A stretch of 26,008 nucleotides of DNA from a virus (taxonomy: Duplodnaviria > Caudoviricetes): the IMG/VR virus record IMGVR_UViG_3300021138_000149, positions 1 to 26,008 of that record; one strand, given 5' to 3'. Of the stretch, positions 15,142-23,674 are shown in pieces. The notes below the pieces were generated by a model. The model worked only from the letters and a program-made list of their open reading frames with translations. It searched no databases and was not told where the DNA came from. Position 1 is the stretch's first letter. Every line of letters begins with the position of its first letter. The translations under genes and the position numbers were made by a program.

Positions 15142-15744
15142 ATGAGTGCATTACTGCAACCGTTCGGTTTGCGCCCTGCGTTCCATCCTTCTGGTTTGGA
15201 CCGCGCTCAGGCTCTCGCTGGCGGAATCGTATCGGGCTACAGCTCGAACATCTACAAAGGGCAGCCTATTGTTTACGGTACTACAGCTAACAGCGGTACT
15301 ACTGGAACAATTCAGCTTGCTTTAGCTACAGGTACAGTTACAGGCGCTTTTGCTGGCGTCGAGTGGACTGACACTACAGGACGCCGTCGCGTGTCTAACT
15401 ACTGGCCAGCTTCTACTGCCTATCAAACAGGTAGTTGCGTTGCTTATTTCTACAACGATCCAAACATCGTTTATGAAATTCAAGCTGATGCAAGTTTGGC
15501 ACAGACCTCGATTGGTAATGAGTATAACTTTACCAGTGCTAATATCAACAATGGTTCTACTTACACTGGGTTGTCTCAAGCAACTTTAGGCGTTAGCACC
15601 GCAGTTGGTAACGCAGGTCAAGGTCAAATGCGCGTTGTTGATATCGGACAAGGTGTTGACAATAACTGGGGCGACGCATACACTATTGTGCGTGTCGTGA
15701 TGACTAATACGCAATTCTTCGGTCAATTCACCGCAATTGCATAA
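15142..15744 (+). CDS. Capsid decoration / minor head protein (putative), 200 aa
   Basis: Start moved to ATG 15142; PFGLRP N-terminus, G/T/A-rich beta composition, immediately before the major capsid gene. Confidence 0.6.
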   Translation: MSALLQPFGLRPAFHPSGLDRAQALAGGIVSGYSSNIYKGQPIVYGTTANSGTTGTIQLALATGTVTGAFAGVEWTDTTGRRRVSNYWPASTAYQTGSCVAYFYNDPNIVYEIQADASLAQTSIGNEYNFTSANINNGSTYTGLSQATLGVSTAVGNAGQGQMRVVDIGQGVDNNWGDAYTIVRVVMTNTQFFGQFTAIA

Positions 15745-15763
15745 TTAAAGAAAGGATAGCATC

Positions 15764-16678
15764 ATGGCAGCACCAATGCGAAGTACGGACTTTAGATCGA
15801 TTGTTGAACCAATCCTCAATGAGTCTTTTGATGGCGTTTACGACCAACGCGCCGATGAATGGGAGCAGGTTTTCCGTGAAGAGATGGGTATCCCCCGTAA
15901 CTATCATGAAGAACCCGTCCTATACGGATTCGGCGCAGCTCCTCAACTCCCTGATGGAACACCAGTTTCATATCAACAGGGTGGAGTTTTGTTCCTCAAA
16001 CGTTACGTTTACCAAGTCTATGGCCTCGCTTTTGCTTTGACAAAAGTGTTGGTTGAGGACGGTGATCACGTTCGTTTGGGCCAAATCTATGCCAAACACT
16101 TGGCACAGTCTTTGGTTGAAACAAAAGAACTGTTGTGCGCTAACGTGTTGAACTACGCGTTTAACAGCTCCTATGCTGGCGGTGACGGCGTTGCACTTAA
16201 CTCAAGTGCTCACCCCATCGTAAACGGTACGTTCTCCAATATTCTGGCCACGCCTGCTGCATTGTCACAGACCTCGGTTGAGCAAATGCTCATCCAGATC
16301 CGTCAAGCAGTTGACAACAACCAGAAAAAGATTCGCCTACAACCCTTGAAACTCGTTGTCGCTCCTGGCAACGTGATGCAAGCTGAGGTGATCTTGAAGT
16401 CAGTGTTGAGAACTGGCACCGCTAACAATGACATTAACCCGATTAAATCAATCGGTTTGATGCCTGAAGGCGCTGCTGTTATCAGCCGTTTGACTTCTGC
16501 TACCAACTGGTGGATCCAAACTGACGCACCTGAAGGTATGAAGCTAATGATGCGCCGTGGTTTGGAGAAAACTATGGAAGGCGACTTCGAAACTGATTCG
16601 ATGCGCTATAAAGCAACAGAGCGTTATATCCCTGGGTTTACTGACCCACGCGCTATGTTCGGTACTCCTGGCGTCTAA
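15764..16678 (+). CDS. Major capsid protein (Mu gpT-like, HK97 fold)
   Basis: 304 aa; GFG.A...DG, GGDGVAL.S.AHP, GDFETD.MRYKA.ERY..GF.DPR motifs; strong codon bias; followed by terminator. Confidence 0.92.
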   Translation: MAAPMRSTDFRSIVEPILNESFDGVYDQRADEWEQVFREEMGIPRNYHEEPVLYGFGAAPQLPDGTPVSYQQGGVLFLKRYVYQVYGLAFALTKVLVEDGDHVRLGQIYAKHLAQSLVETKELLCANVLNYAFNSSYAGGDGVALNSSAHPIVNGTFSNILATPAALSQTSVEQMLIQIRQAVDNNQKKIRLQPLKLVVAPGNVMQAEVILKSVLRTGTANNDINPIKSIGLMPEGAAVISRLTSATNWWIQTDAPEGMKLMMRRGLEKTMEGDFETDSMRYKATERYIPGFTDPRAMFGTPGV

Positions 16679-16685
16679 AGCCAGC

Positions 16686-16715
16686 GGGGAGGGGCAAAAA
16701 CCTCTCCCCTTTTTT
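16686..16715 (+). terminator. Rho-independent terminator
   Basis: GGGGAGGGG-loop-CCTCTCCCC followed by T6. Confidence 0.9.
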
Positions 16716-16749
16716 GTTTAACAAGATCAAACTTTTCATGGAGTAGATC

Positions 16750-17739
16750 ATGCCCCAATTTTCAGATGACCTCTTTTTAGGCGCAGCGCCTACATTTATG
16801 GGTACAGGAACTAGTAACGCTGAGGCTATCGTTTCAGCTACTATTTCTGGTACTACTTTAACAGTCGTAGCTACTTTATCTGGCGATTCCTTGACCGTCG
16901 GTCAATACATTGTCGGCTCTGGCGTTACAGCAAACTCTTACATCACAGCAGTAAATTCTACAAACTCAGGTACTAACTATACGCTGTCGCAATCATCTAC
17001 AGTTAGCTCAGCTACTACGATGTACGCTTCAGGTAATGCGCTTTTAGGTGATCCTGCTCCTATGGATTTGGGAGTTGGACCTCTTGGACGCATCTACGTT
17101 TGGGATGTAGTCCCACAAACGCTACAAGCCGCAAACATTGCCGCTTCGCAAACTCCTTCAGCCGCAGGTAATTTGACTTTAACTGCAGGCACTTCTTCTA
17201 AATCAATCACACGTGCTGACGGTACAACTGTTATTCAATTAGATTGCGCTCGTGCAGTTCAATTGACTACAGCATCAGGTACAATCTCCACAAGCAGAAA
17301 CTTAACAGTCTCTGGTTACGATTACTACGGTCAGCCAATGACTGAAGTGATTGCTACAGGTACAACTTCTTCTGCAGTCGCCAATGTGAGCGGTAAAAAA
17401 GCCTTTTATCAAGTAGCCTCAATCGCTATTAATGGCTCTCTTCCAGTTGCAATAACTGTAGGAACTACTGATACTATCGGTTTACCCGTTCGCGTATTCG
17501 ATGCAGGTTATGTTGGTACTTTGGGTTGGAACAACACGCTAGCTCGTCCAGCAGGTACTTTTACAGTTGCAGATATGACAACTCCTGCGACGTCAACTAC
17601 AGGTGATGTTCGTGGAACATATCTACCTCCAAGCGCATCAGATGGTACAAAACGTCTAGTAATGGGCATTCTAGTACCTAGTATCGCATCAGGTCCTAAC
17701 GCAACTCGCGTTGGCGCCCTCGGTGTAACCCAAGCCTAA
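16750..17739 (+). CDS. Virion structural protein (Thr/Ser/Gly-rich), 329 aa
   Basis: ORF track; GGAG SD; position after capsid; TTGDVRGTY C-terminal motif. Confidence 0.7.
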   Translation: MPQFSDDLFLGAAPTFMGTGTSNAEAIVSATISGTTLTVVATLSGDSLTVGQYIVGSGVTANSYITAVNSTNSGTNYTLSQSSTVSSATTMYASGNALLGDPAPMDLGVGPLGRIYVWDVVPQTLQAANIAASQTPSAAGNLTLTAGTSSKSITRADGTTVIQLDCARAVQLTTASGTISTSRNLTVSGYDYYGQPMTEVIATGTTSSAVANVSGKKAFYQVASIAINGSLPVAITVGTTDTIGLPVRVFDAGYVGTLGWNNTLARPAGTFTVADMTTPATSTTGDVRGTYLPPSASDGTKRLVMGILVPSIASGPNATRVGALGVTQA

Positions 17740-17753
17740 CCTAGGAGCCCATC

Positions 17754-18878
17754 ATGGCACAATCATTTGGTAGAGAGCCTAAAGAAGACACAACTGAGCC
17801 TACAGCAGACGAAGCTACGATGAAACGTGGTGGTAGAGTCATGCATAAAGCTATGGGTGGAGCAGCTCATAAAGCTGAGATGAAAGAAATGCATAAGATT
17901 GAAAAAGAGTTGAAGCATCACGAGAGTGAAAAAGCTTCAAAAGCTCATCACGGTCTTAAGCATGGCGGTAAAGTTCATCACAAAGCGCTGGGTGGCGTTA
18001 TGCCTGCCGCAGTGCCAATGACCGTCGCAAGACGCGCTATGCCTGTTATGGCTCGTCGCGCGCCTATGGGTGCAGCTCCAGGAATGATGAAACACGGCGG
18101 TAAAGCGATGCATAAAGCCGTAGGAGGCGCTATTGAGGCTGCTGAAAAAGAAATGCCTCATGGTAAACCTTCGGCTCTAGCAAAATTAAACATTCCTACT
18201 CAAAAAGGTAAGCAGATTAATGACGCTGATAGCTCACATCGTATAGGTCGTGAAGGCATGCCTCACGGTAGCGGTAAAGCTATGACTGGCGGAGTTGAAG
18301 GTCCGGGATACAAGCGTGGTGGTAAGGTTCATCACAAAGCTGACGGGGGCGTTATTAAAGGCGTCCGCGGAAGCGAACCAAAACCTACCAAGGTAGTGAT
18401 AGACCGTATGGTGCAGAATAAGGCCAAGGGTGGCTCTATCGCTCCTTTTGAGAACAATCCTCATGAAGCAAAACAAGTTAAAAGTTTTAATACTAAGACT
18501 GGTGGAGTTGAGGGTCCTGGTTACAAACGTGGCGGTAAAGTTTTGCACAAAAAAGACGGCGGTTCTATTAGCAAGTATGAGTCAGATATGACTGGTTTTA
18601 CTGCTCACAAAGGCGGTAAGAAAACTGGGGAAATCAAAGAAGCCCCAGCTGGTTATAAACATGGCGGTAAAGTGCACCATAAAGCCGAAGGTGGTCACAT
18701 GGAGCACCATAAGCACTCTGCTAAACACCACGATGACCACGGTCATAAGCACATGCACGCTGCGGGACATCATGAGTCTCATGGCCATATGCACAGCAAA
18801 ATGCATGAACATGGCGGTGCTGTAGCTAAAAAAGCTCATGGCGGTGGTGTTCGCACTGCTAAAAACTGCAACTACTGA
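17754..18878 (+). CDS. Basic His/Lys/Gly-rich low-complexity protein with tandem K-x-x-GG repeats (putative internal head protein)
   Basis: Six clear and one degenerate xK[RH]GG[KR][VA]xHK[AK]xGG doublets; His-rich C-terminus; AGGAG SD. Confidence 0.8.
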   Translation: MAQSFGREPKEDTTEPTADEATMKRGGRVMHKAMGGAAHKAEMKEMHKIEKELKHHESEKASKAHHGLKHGGKVHHKALGGVMPAAVPMTVARRAMPVMARRAPMGAAPGMMKHGGKAMHKAVGGAIEAAEKEMPHGKPSALAKLNIPTQKGKQINDADSSHRIGREGMPHGSGKAMTGGVEGPGYKRGGKVHHKADGGVIKGVRGSEPKPTKVVIDRMVQNKAKGGSIAPFENNPHEAKQVKSFNTKTGGVEGPGYKRGGKVLHKKDGGSISKYESDMTGFTAHKGGKKTGEIKEAPAGYKHGGKVHHKAEGGHMEHHKHSAKHHDDHGHKHMHAAGHHESHGHMHSKMHEHGGAVAKKAHGGGVRTAKNCNY

Positions 18879-18884
18879 TAAGAC

Positions 18885-18907
18885 GGGAGCTGAGGCTCCC
18901 TCTTTCT
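18885..18907 (+). terminator. Putative Rho-independent terminator
   Basis: GGGAGC-TGAG-GCTCCC followed by TCTTTCT. Confidence 0.65.
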
Positions 18908-18918
18908 AAGGAAATACC

Positions 18919-19689
18919 ATGAGTAATAATGTCGTTTCGTCTATAACTAGTAAAGGCGCATATGAGCCATTTGATTTGCAAGTGGCACGCGGGCAAATTT
19001 ATGGCCATAGCACAGTAAATATTTTTGGGTATCAGCCTTCGGTTGGTACTTCATCAATTGCAATTTGGGAAAATGCTTCAGCATATACTTTTCCAGCTTC
19101 AGCATCCACAATGACGGTTGCAAGTGGGTCTGCAACTGACAATGGAGCTACAGTACTTGTAGTTGGTTTGGATGCAAATTGGAATCAAATTTCAGAAACA
19201 ATAACTATTGCAACTGGTGGAACAACCACTGTAAATAGTTATTTGAGAATCAACAATTTGTTTTTGACAGCACCAGCTTCTGGTCAAACAACCAACGTTG
19301 GACAAATTACTATCAAGGTCAGCACGACAACTTACGGTCAAATCAATGTTGGTATCGGTAAGTCACAGAATGCTTGGTACAGCGTACCTGCAAACTATGA
19401 GTTTTATTTAGACCAAGTTGAGATTAACACAAGCAATAGTTATACAAGTAGTGTTATCATAACTTACAACGTGCAAGCCACAAACAATGTGACTGGTGTG
19501 ACTTTAAGTGTGTTGCAACAACCTTTTGTTTCAATCTTTACAATTACAAGACCCAATCCTTTCAAATATACCCAAAAAACTGATCTTCAATTTCAATTGA
19601 AAGCAAGTACAGGTACTATTGGAGCAGGATTGGTTGTAAATGGTAAGCTGATTCAAGCCAACAATAACGTAACTGGTTCAGGTACTTAA
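18919..19689 (+). CDS. Virion-associated beta-rich protein, 256 aa
   Basis: ORF track; AAGGA SD; LQVARGQI.GH...FGY and GLDANW...SE motifs seen in phage structural modules. Confidence 0.7.
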   Translation: MSNNVVSSITSKGAYEPFDLQVARGQIYGHSTVNIFGYQPSVGTSSIAIWENASAYTFPASASTMTVASGSATDNGATVLVVGLDANWNQISETITIATGGTTTVNSYLRINNLFLTAPASGQTTNVGQITIKVSTTTYGQINVGIGKSQNAWYSVPANYEFYLDQVEINTSNSYTSSVIITYNVQATNNVTGVTLSVLQQPFVSIFTITRPNPFKYTQKTDLQFQLKASTGTIGAGLVVNGKLIQANNNVTGSGT

Positions 19690-19690
19690 A

Positions 19691-20245
19691 ATGCCAGCAA
19701 AAAGCCAAGCTCAGTTTCGTTTTATGCAAGCTGTAGCTCATGATCCTGCTGTTGCTAAAAAAGTAGGAATGAGCTCTAGGCAAGCTGCTGAATACACAGA
19801 GAGCAACGTAGGTAAAAAAGCCTATAAAAATCTTCCTGCTAAAAAAGCTGATGGAGGCGGTCTTTATGCTAATATCCATGCAAAGCAAGAGCGCATAAAG
19901 CACGGATCAGGTGAGCACATGCGTAAACCAGGAAGTCCTGGAGCGCCAACTGCTAAAGATTTTAAAGAATCAGCTAAAACGGCAAAGCACAAGAGCGGTG
20001 GTGAAGTGTCTTTATCTGTCGGGCGCGGAGAAGCGTTACCCACTAGCCAAGGCGCAGGTTTGACGGCTAAAGGTAGAGAAAAATATAACCGCGCTACTGG
20101 AAGCCATTTACAAGCTCCTCAACCTGAAGGCGGTCCTCGAAAAGACTCTTTTTGCGCTAGAATGTCAGGCGTAGTTAAACATGCAAAAGGTGATGCACCT
20201 CGAGCAAAAGCGTCACTGAAGCGTTGGAAATGTCCTAATTGGTGA
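19691..20245 (+). CDS. Basic three-module protein; C-terminal module DUF6321-like
   Basis: MPAKSQAQ.RFM.AVAH / GLYANIHAK..RI..GSGE.MRK.G..GAP / GLTAKGR..YN..TGS.L.AP...SFCARM...SL.RWKC, joined by KADGG and HKSGG. Confidence 0.75.
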   Translation: MPAKSQAQFRFMQAVAHDPAVAKKVGMSSRQAAEYTESNVGKKAYKNLPAKKADGGGLYANIHAKQERIKHGSGEHMRKPGSPGAPTAKDFKESAKTAKHKSGGEVSLSVGRGEALPTSQGAGLTAKGREKYNRATGSHLQAPQPEGGPRKDSFCARMSGVVKHAKGDAPRAKASLKRWKCPNW

Positions 20246-20253
20246 TCTAAAAC

Positions 20254-21324
20254 ATGGCAGCAACTTATTCAGGCACAATCGGGACAACGACTATCACAGT
20301 ACAAGCTATGATAGATCACGCTGGCCGTGTTTCTGGAAAAACAGCTGAAGAATTGACTATTGAGCAGGTGCAAGCAGCTAAAGAAAACCTCTTTATGCTT
20401 CTTAATAACATCGCCAATATGGGCATCAATTACTGGTGTATACAGAAAAACGTAGTCGGGCTTACCCCCGAAACGTATGAGTACGTACTTCCAGTAGGAA
20501 CGATTGATGTTTTAAATTCAAATTACAGGACTGTAACGCAAATAACTTCAGGCGGTAATGCGTCTTCTGGTAATGTATCTATCGCGTATAGTGGTTCGCC
20601 TAGCCCTCAAGCGGTGTTTTTACAAACAAACTCTAATGGTTATATCGGCATAAACAGCGGTTCTAGTAACCCAGTTTACATCGCTACAGTAGGAATTTTA
20701 CCTTCTGTAAACTTAACCACTAACATTTTAATTCAAAGTAGCCCTGACGGTGTCAATTGGACTACAGTTTACGCTCCGGGATCAGTTTCTTGGGTTGCTG
20801 GAACATGGATTTATTATGAATTAGACCCTAGCAGCTCACAACCCTGCTGGAGAATCATTGAAACTGGCGGTGCTACGCTTCAGATGCTTCAATTAGTATG
20901 GGGTACAGCCCCGTCGGAAATACCTTTAGCGCGTATGAACCGTGATGACTATACTAATTTACCAAATAAACAGTTTTTAAATGATAGACCGCTACAGTTT
21001 TGGTTTAATAGAACCATACCACAGCCAAAAATGACAGTTTGGCCTACACCTAACACCTATATGCCTCAAATTACGGCGTGGTGTCATCGTGAAATCATGG
21101 ATGTAGGTAACTTGTACGGTAATTTAGAGGTGCCTGATCGTTGGTTGATGGCTATTAAATGGATGTTAGCGCATCAAACAGCAGTTGAACTTCCTGGAGT
21201 TGACCTAGCGCGTATACAGTACCTTGAAGGACAAGCTGATAAGTATTTCAATCTAGCTGAACAAGAAGAACGTGATAAGTCTCCTATCATGCTAGCACCT
21301 AACATATCACCTTACACAAGATGA
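20254..21324 (+). CDS. Head-tail adaptor / tail tubular-type protein (putative) with inserted beta domain
   Basis: Helical N- and C-termini (L..LL...AN.GIN.W; R..RDDY..LPNK....RP.Q.W..R...VWPTP) typical of podovirus adaptors. Confidence 0.65.
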   Translation: MAATYSGTIGTTTITVQAMIDHAGRVSGKTAEELTIEQVQAAKENLFMLLNNIANMGINYWCIQKNVVGLTPETYEYVLPVGTIDVLNSNYRTVTQITSGGNASSGNVSIAYSGSPSPQAVFLQTNSNGYIGINSGSSNPVYIATVGILPSVNLTTNILIQSSPDGVNWTTVYAPGSVSWVAGTWIYYELDPSSSQPCWRIIETGGATLQMLQLVWGTAPSEIPLARMNRDDYTNLPNKQFLNDRPLQFWFNRTIPQPKMTVWPTPNTYMPQITAWCHREIMDVGNLYGNLEVPDRWLMAIKWMLAHQTAVELPGVDLARIQYLEGQADKYFNLAEQEERDKSPIMLAPNISPYTR

Positions 21325-21325
21325 T

Positions 21326-21676
21326 ATGCCAATATTCTTAGACACTCGCGGTAATTCATCACTAAGCATCTTTATCTGCGATCGGTGCAAGATGAAGCGA
21401 CCATATGATGAGTTGCAACCTGACGGTAACCTGCCTGGCATCAAGGTATGCCAACAGGGTTGCAGTGACCAATTTGACCCTTATCGCCTAGCTCCGCGTC
21501 AACCTGAAAAAATTTCTATACGTTTTCCGCGTCCAGACGCCCCTATCGGGGTCAATCCAGACGCTATAATAACTACAAATCCTGATAGCACTTTTGCGCT
21601 ATCACCTGAACAAAACACACAGACTCCAGAAAACAATGGTAATCTGGATAATCTTAGCCCTTCAGCAGGACAATAG
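21326..21676 (+). CDS. Small Cys-containing protein (ICDRC...VC..GC.D), 116 aa
   Basis: Four Cys in CxxC / CxxxC arrangement; follows the adaptor gene. Confidence 0.75.
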   Translation: MPIFLDTRGNSSLSIFICDRCKMKRPYDELQPDGNLPGIKVCQQGCSDQFDPYRLAPRQPEKISIRFPRPDAPIGVNPDAIITTNPDSTFALSPEQNTQTPENNGNLDNLSPSAGQ

Positions 21677-23674
21677 ATGTCAAATGTAACAATAACGCAA
21701 TTACCAGCAGCTTCTAGTCCATTGACTGGAGCTGAGCTTGTGCCTATTGTTCAGAATGGCCAAACAGTACAAACTCCTGTAAGCTCTATCGCTAGCTCAC
21801 CCACTTTAACGCAAACTTTTCTCACAGTCGGAACCCAATCTACATTAGCAAATAGTAGATACCTTGCTGTAACTACAGGTATTTCGTTAACTGATAGCGG
21901 TGCGCTAGGACCTTACACCCTAGCTCTAACTGGAGCAGCTTCCTCAATTTTGACTTCGCCTACGGGTTTACAAGTTAAGACTGGACCGAACACACTGACT
22001 AGCGTTACTATCGCGGTAACTAATGGATTGTCAATATCAAACGCAAACGGCGTTTCAGGTAACCCAACTATATCGCTTTCAGGCTTGATGTCAAATTTGG
22101 CTACTCAAAGCGGAACAGGCTTATTAGCCATCAACGGTACAAGCGCAAGCCAAGTCACAATAACTGGAACGTCTGGACAGATATCCGTTGCAAACGGTGA
22201 CGCGTCAGGTGGTTATCCTACGCTATCTTTAGCCACTACTGGAGTTTCTCAAGGTACGTATACCGCGCCTACAGTGACTATTGACCAGTATGGTAGAATT
22301 ACCTCCGCGTCATCAAACACTTTGAACGCAGGAACAGTAACATCTATAACAGCTGGGGCTGGTTTAACAGGTGGCACAATCAGCACCACAGGCACAATCG
22401 CTTTGGCAGCTGTAGGTACAGCAGGAACATACGGTAACGCTTCAACTCTTCCTGTTATCGTTACTAACGCATACGGACAAATAACAACCGCAACAAACAC
22501 AGCTATCGCTATCACTGCAAATCAGGTAACAAGCGGGACTTTAGCCATCGCGCAAGGCGGTACTAATTCTTCTGCAACGCCTACAGCTGGTGCAGTTATC
22601 TATGGGACAGGAACGGCACACGGCGTTTCTTCTGTAGGAGCTGCGGGTCAAGTTTTAACTAGTCAAGGCTCTAGTCCTCCTATATGGACAGCGGTAGGAG
22701 GAACTGGAACTGTAACGTCAGTTTCTGTAGTCTCAGCAAATGGTTTTGCAGGCACGGTAGCTAATCAAACTACAACTCCAGCAATCACGTTAACTACCTC
22801 TATTACAGGCGTGCTAAAAGGTAATGGCACTGCTATAAGCGCGGCAGTCGCAGGTACAGATTATTTGGCACCTCCAAGCGGTACAGCTATTCAAAAAGCA
22901 AACAGCGGTGGAGCGTTAATTAACGCAGTTTCTGGAACAGATTACGCTCCTGCAACTTCTGGTAGCGCTATACTTTATGGAAATGGCGCAGGTGGCTTTA
23001 GTAGTGTAACTGTAGGCACCAATTTAACATTTAGCGCAGGAACGCTAGCAGCGTCTGGCTCAGTGTCTTCAGTCACAGGAACAGGAACAGTTAACGGTAT
23101 CACTTTGACAGGTACCGTCACAAGCTCCGGATCGTTAACTCTAGGCGGTACGCTCAGCGGTGTAAGCCTTACGTCTCAAGTTTCTGGAACATTACCAGTT
23201 GCTAACGGCGGTACTGGAGCAGTTACTTTAACTGGGCTGGCTTACGGTAATGGAACATCGGCCTTTACAGCGGCAACTGCAGCTCAAGTTGTAGCAGTCA
23301 TAAGCACAACTGCTGTTACCAATGCAACCAATGCGACAAACATATTAGGCGGTGCGGCAGGCTCTGTACCTTACAATTCAGCCTCTGGAACAACAACTTT
23401 TTTGTCGCTTGGGACAAGCGGATACGTACTAACTGCAGGCGCAAGCGCTCCTCAATATGTTGCACAATCTACACTATCTGTAGGCTCGGCAACTACAGCA
23501 ACAACTGCAACAAACGCAACAAATGTGGCGTTGACGGCAGGCTCAGGCGCAACGAATTATCTTCACTTCAGTGCATCAGCAACGGGAAATCAACCTGTTA
23601 ACACTAACACGTCTTTGACTTACAATTACACGAATAACGCCATTACAAGTGGCATCAACGGAGGTACATTCTAA
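21677..23674 (+). CDS. Tail fibre protein 1
   Basis: N-terminal ITQLP...LTG.E.VPIVQNG.T anchor; VTID.YGRIT.AS, GTVTS and GTL.(V/I)A.GGT fibre repeats. Confidence 0.85.
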   Translation: MSNVTITQLPAASSPLTGAELVPIVQNGQTVQTPVSSIASSPTLTQTFLTVGTQSTLANSRYLAVTTGISLTDSGALGPYTLALTGAASSILTSPTGLQVKTGPNTLTSVTIAVTNGLSISNANGVSGNPTISLSGLMSNLATQSGTGLLAINGTSASQVTITGTSGQISVANGDASGGYPTLSLATTGVSQGTYTAPTVTIDQYGRITSASSNTLNAGTVTSITAGAGLTGGTISTTGTIALAAVGTAGTYGNASTLPVIVTNAYGQITTATNTAIAITANQVTSGTLAIAQGGTNSSATPTAGAVIYGTGTAHGVSSVGAAGQVLTSQGSSPPIWTAVGGTGTVTSVSVVSANGFAGTVANQTTTPAITLTTSITGVLKGNGTAISAAVAGTDYLAPPSGTAIQKANSGGALINAVSGTDYAPATSGSAILYGNGAGGFSSVTVGTNLTFSAGTLAASGSVSSVTGTGTVNGITLTGTVTSSGSLTLGGTLSGVSLTSQVSGTLPVANGGTGAVTLTGLAYGNGTSAFTAATAAQVVAVISTTAVTNATNATNILGGAAGSVPYNSASGTTTFLSLGTSGYVLTAGASAPQYVAQSTLSVGSATTATTATNATNVALTAGSGATNYLHFSASATGNQPVNTNTSLTYNYTNNAITSGINGGTF

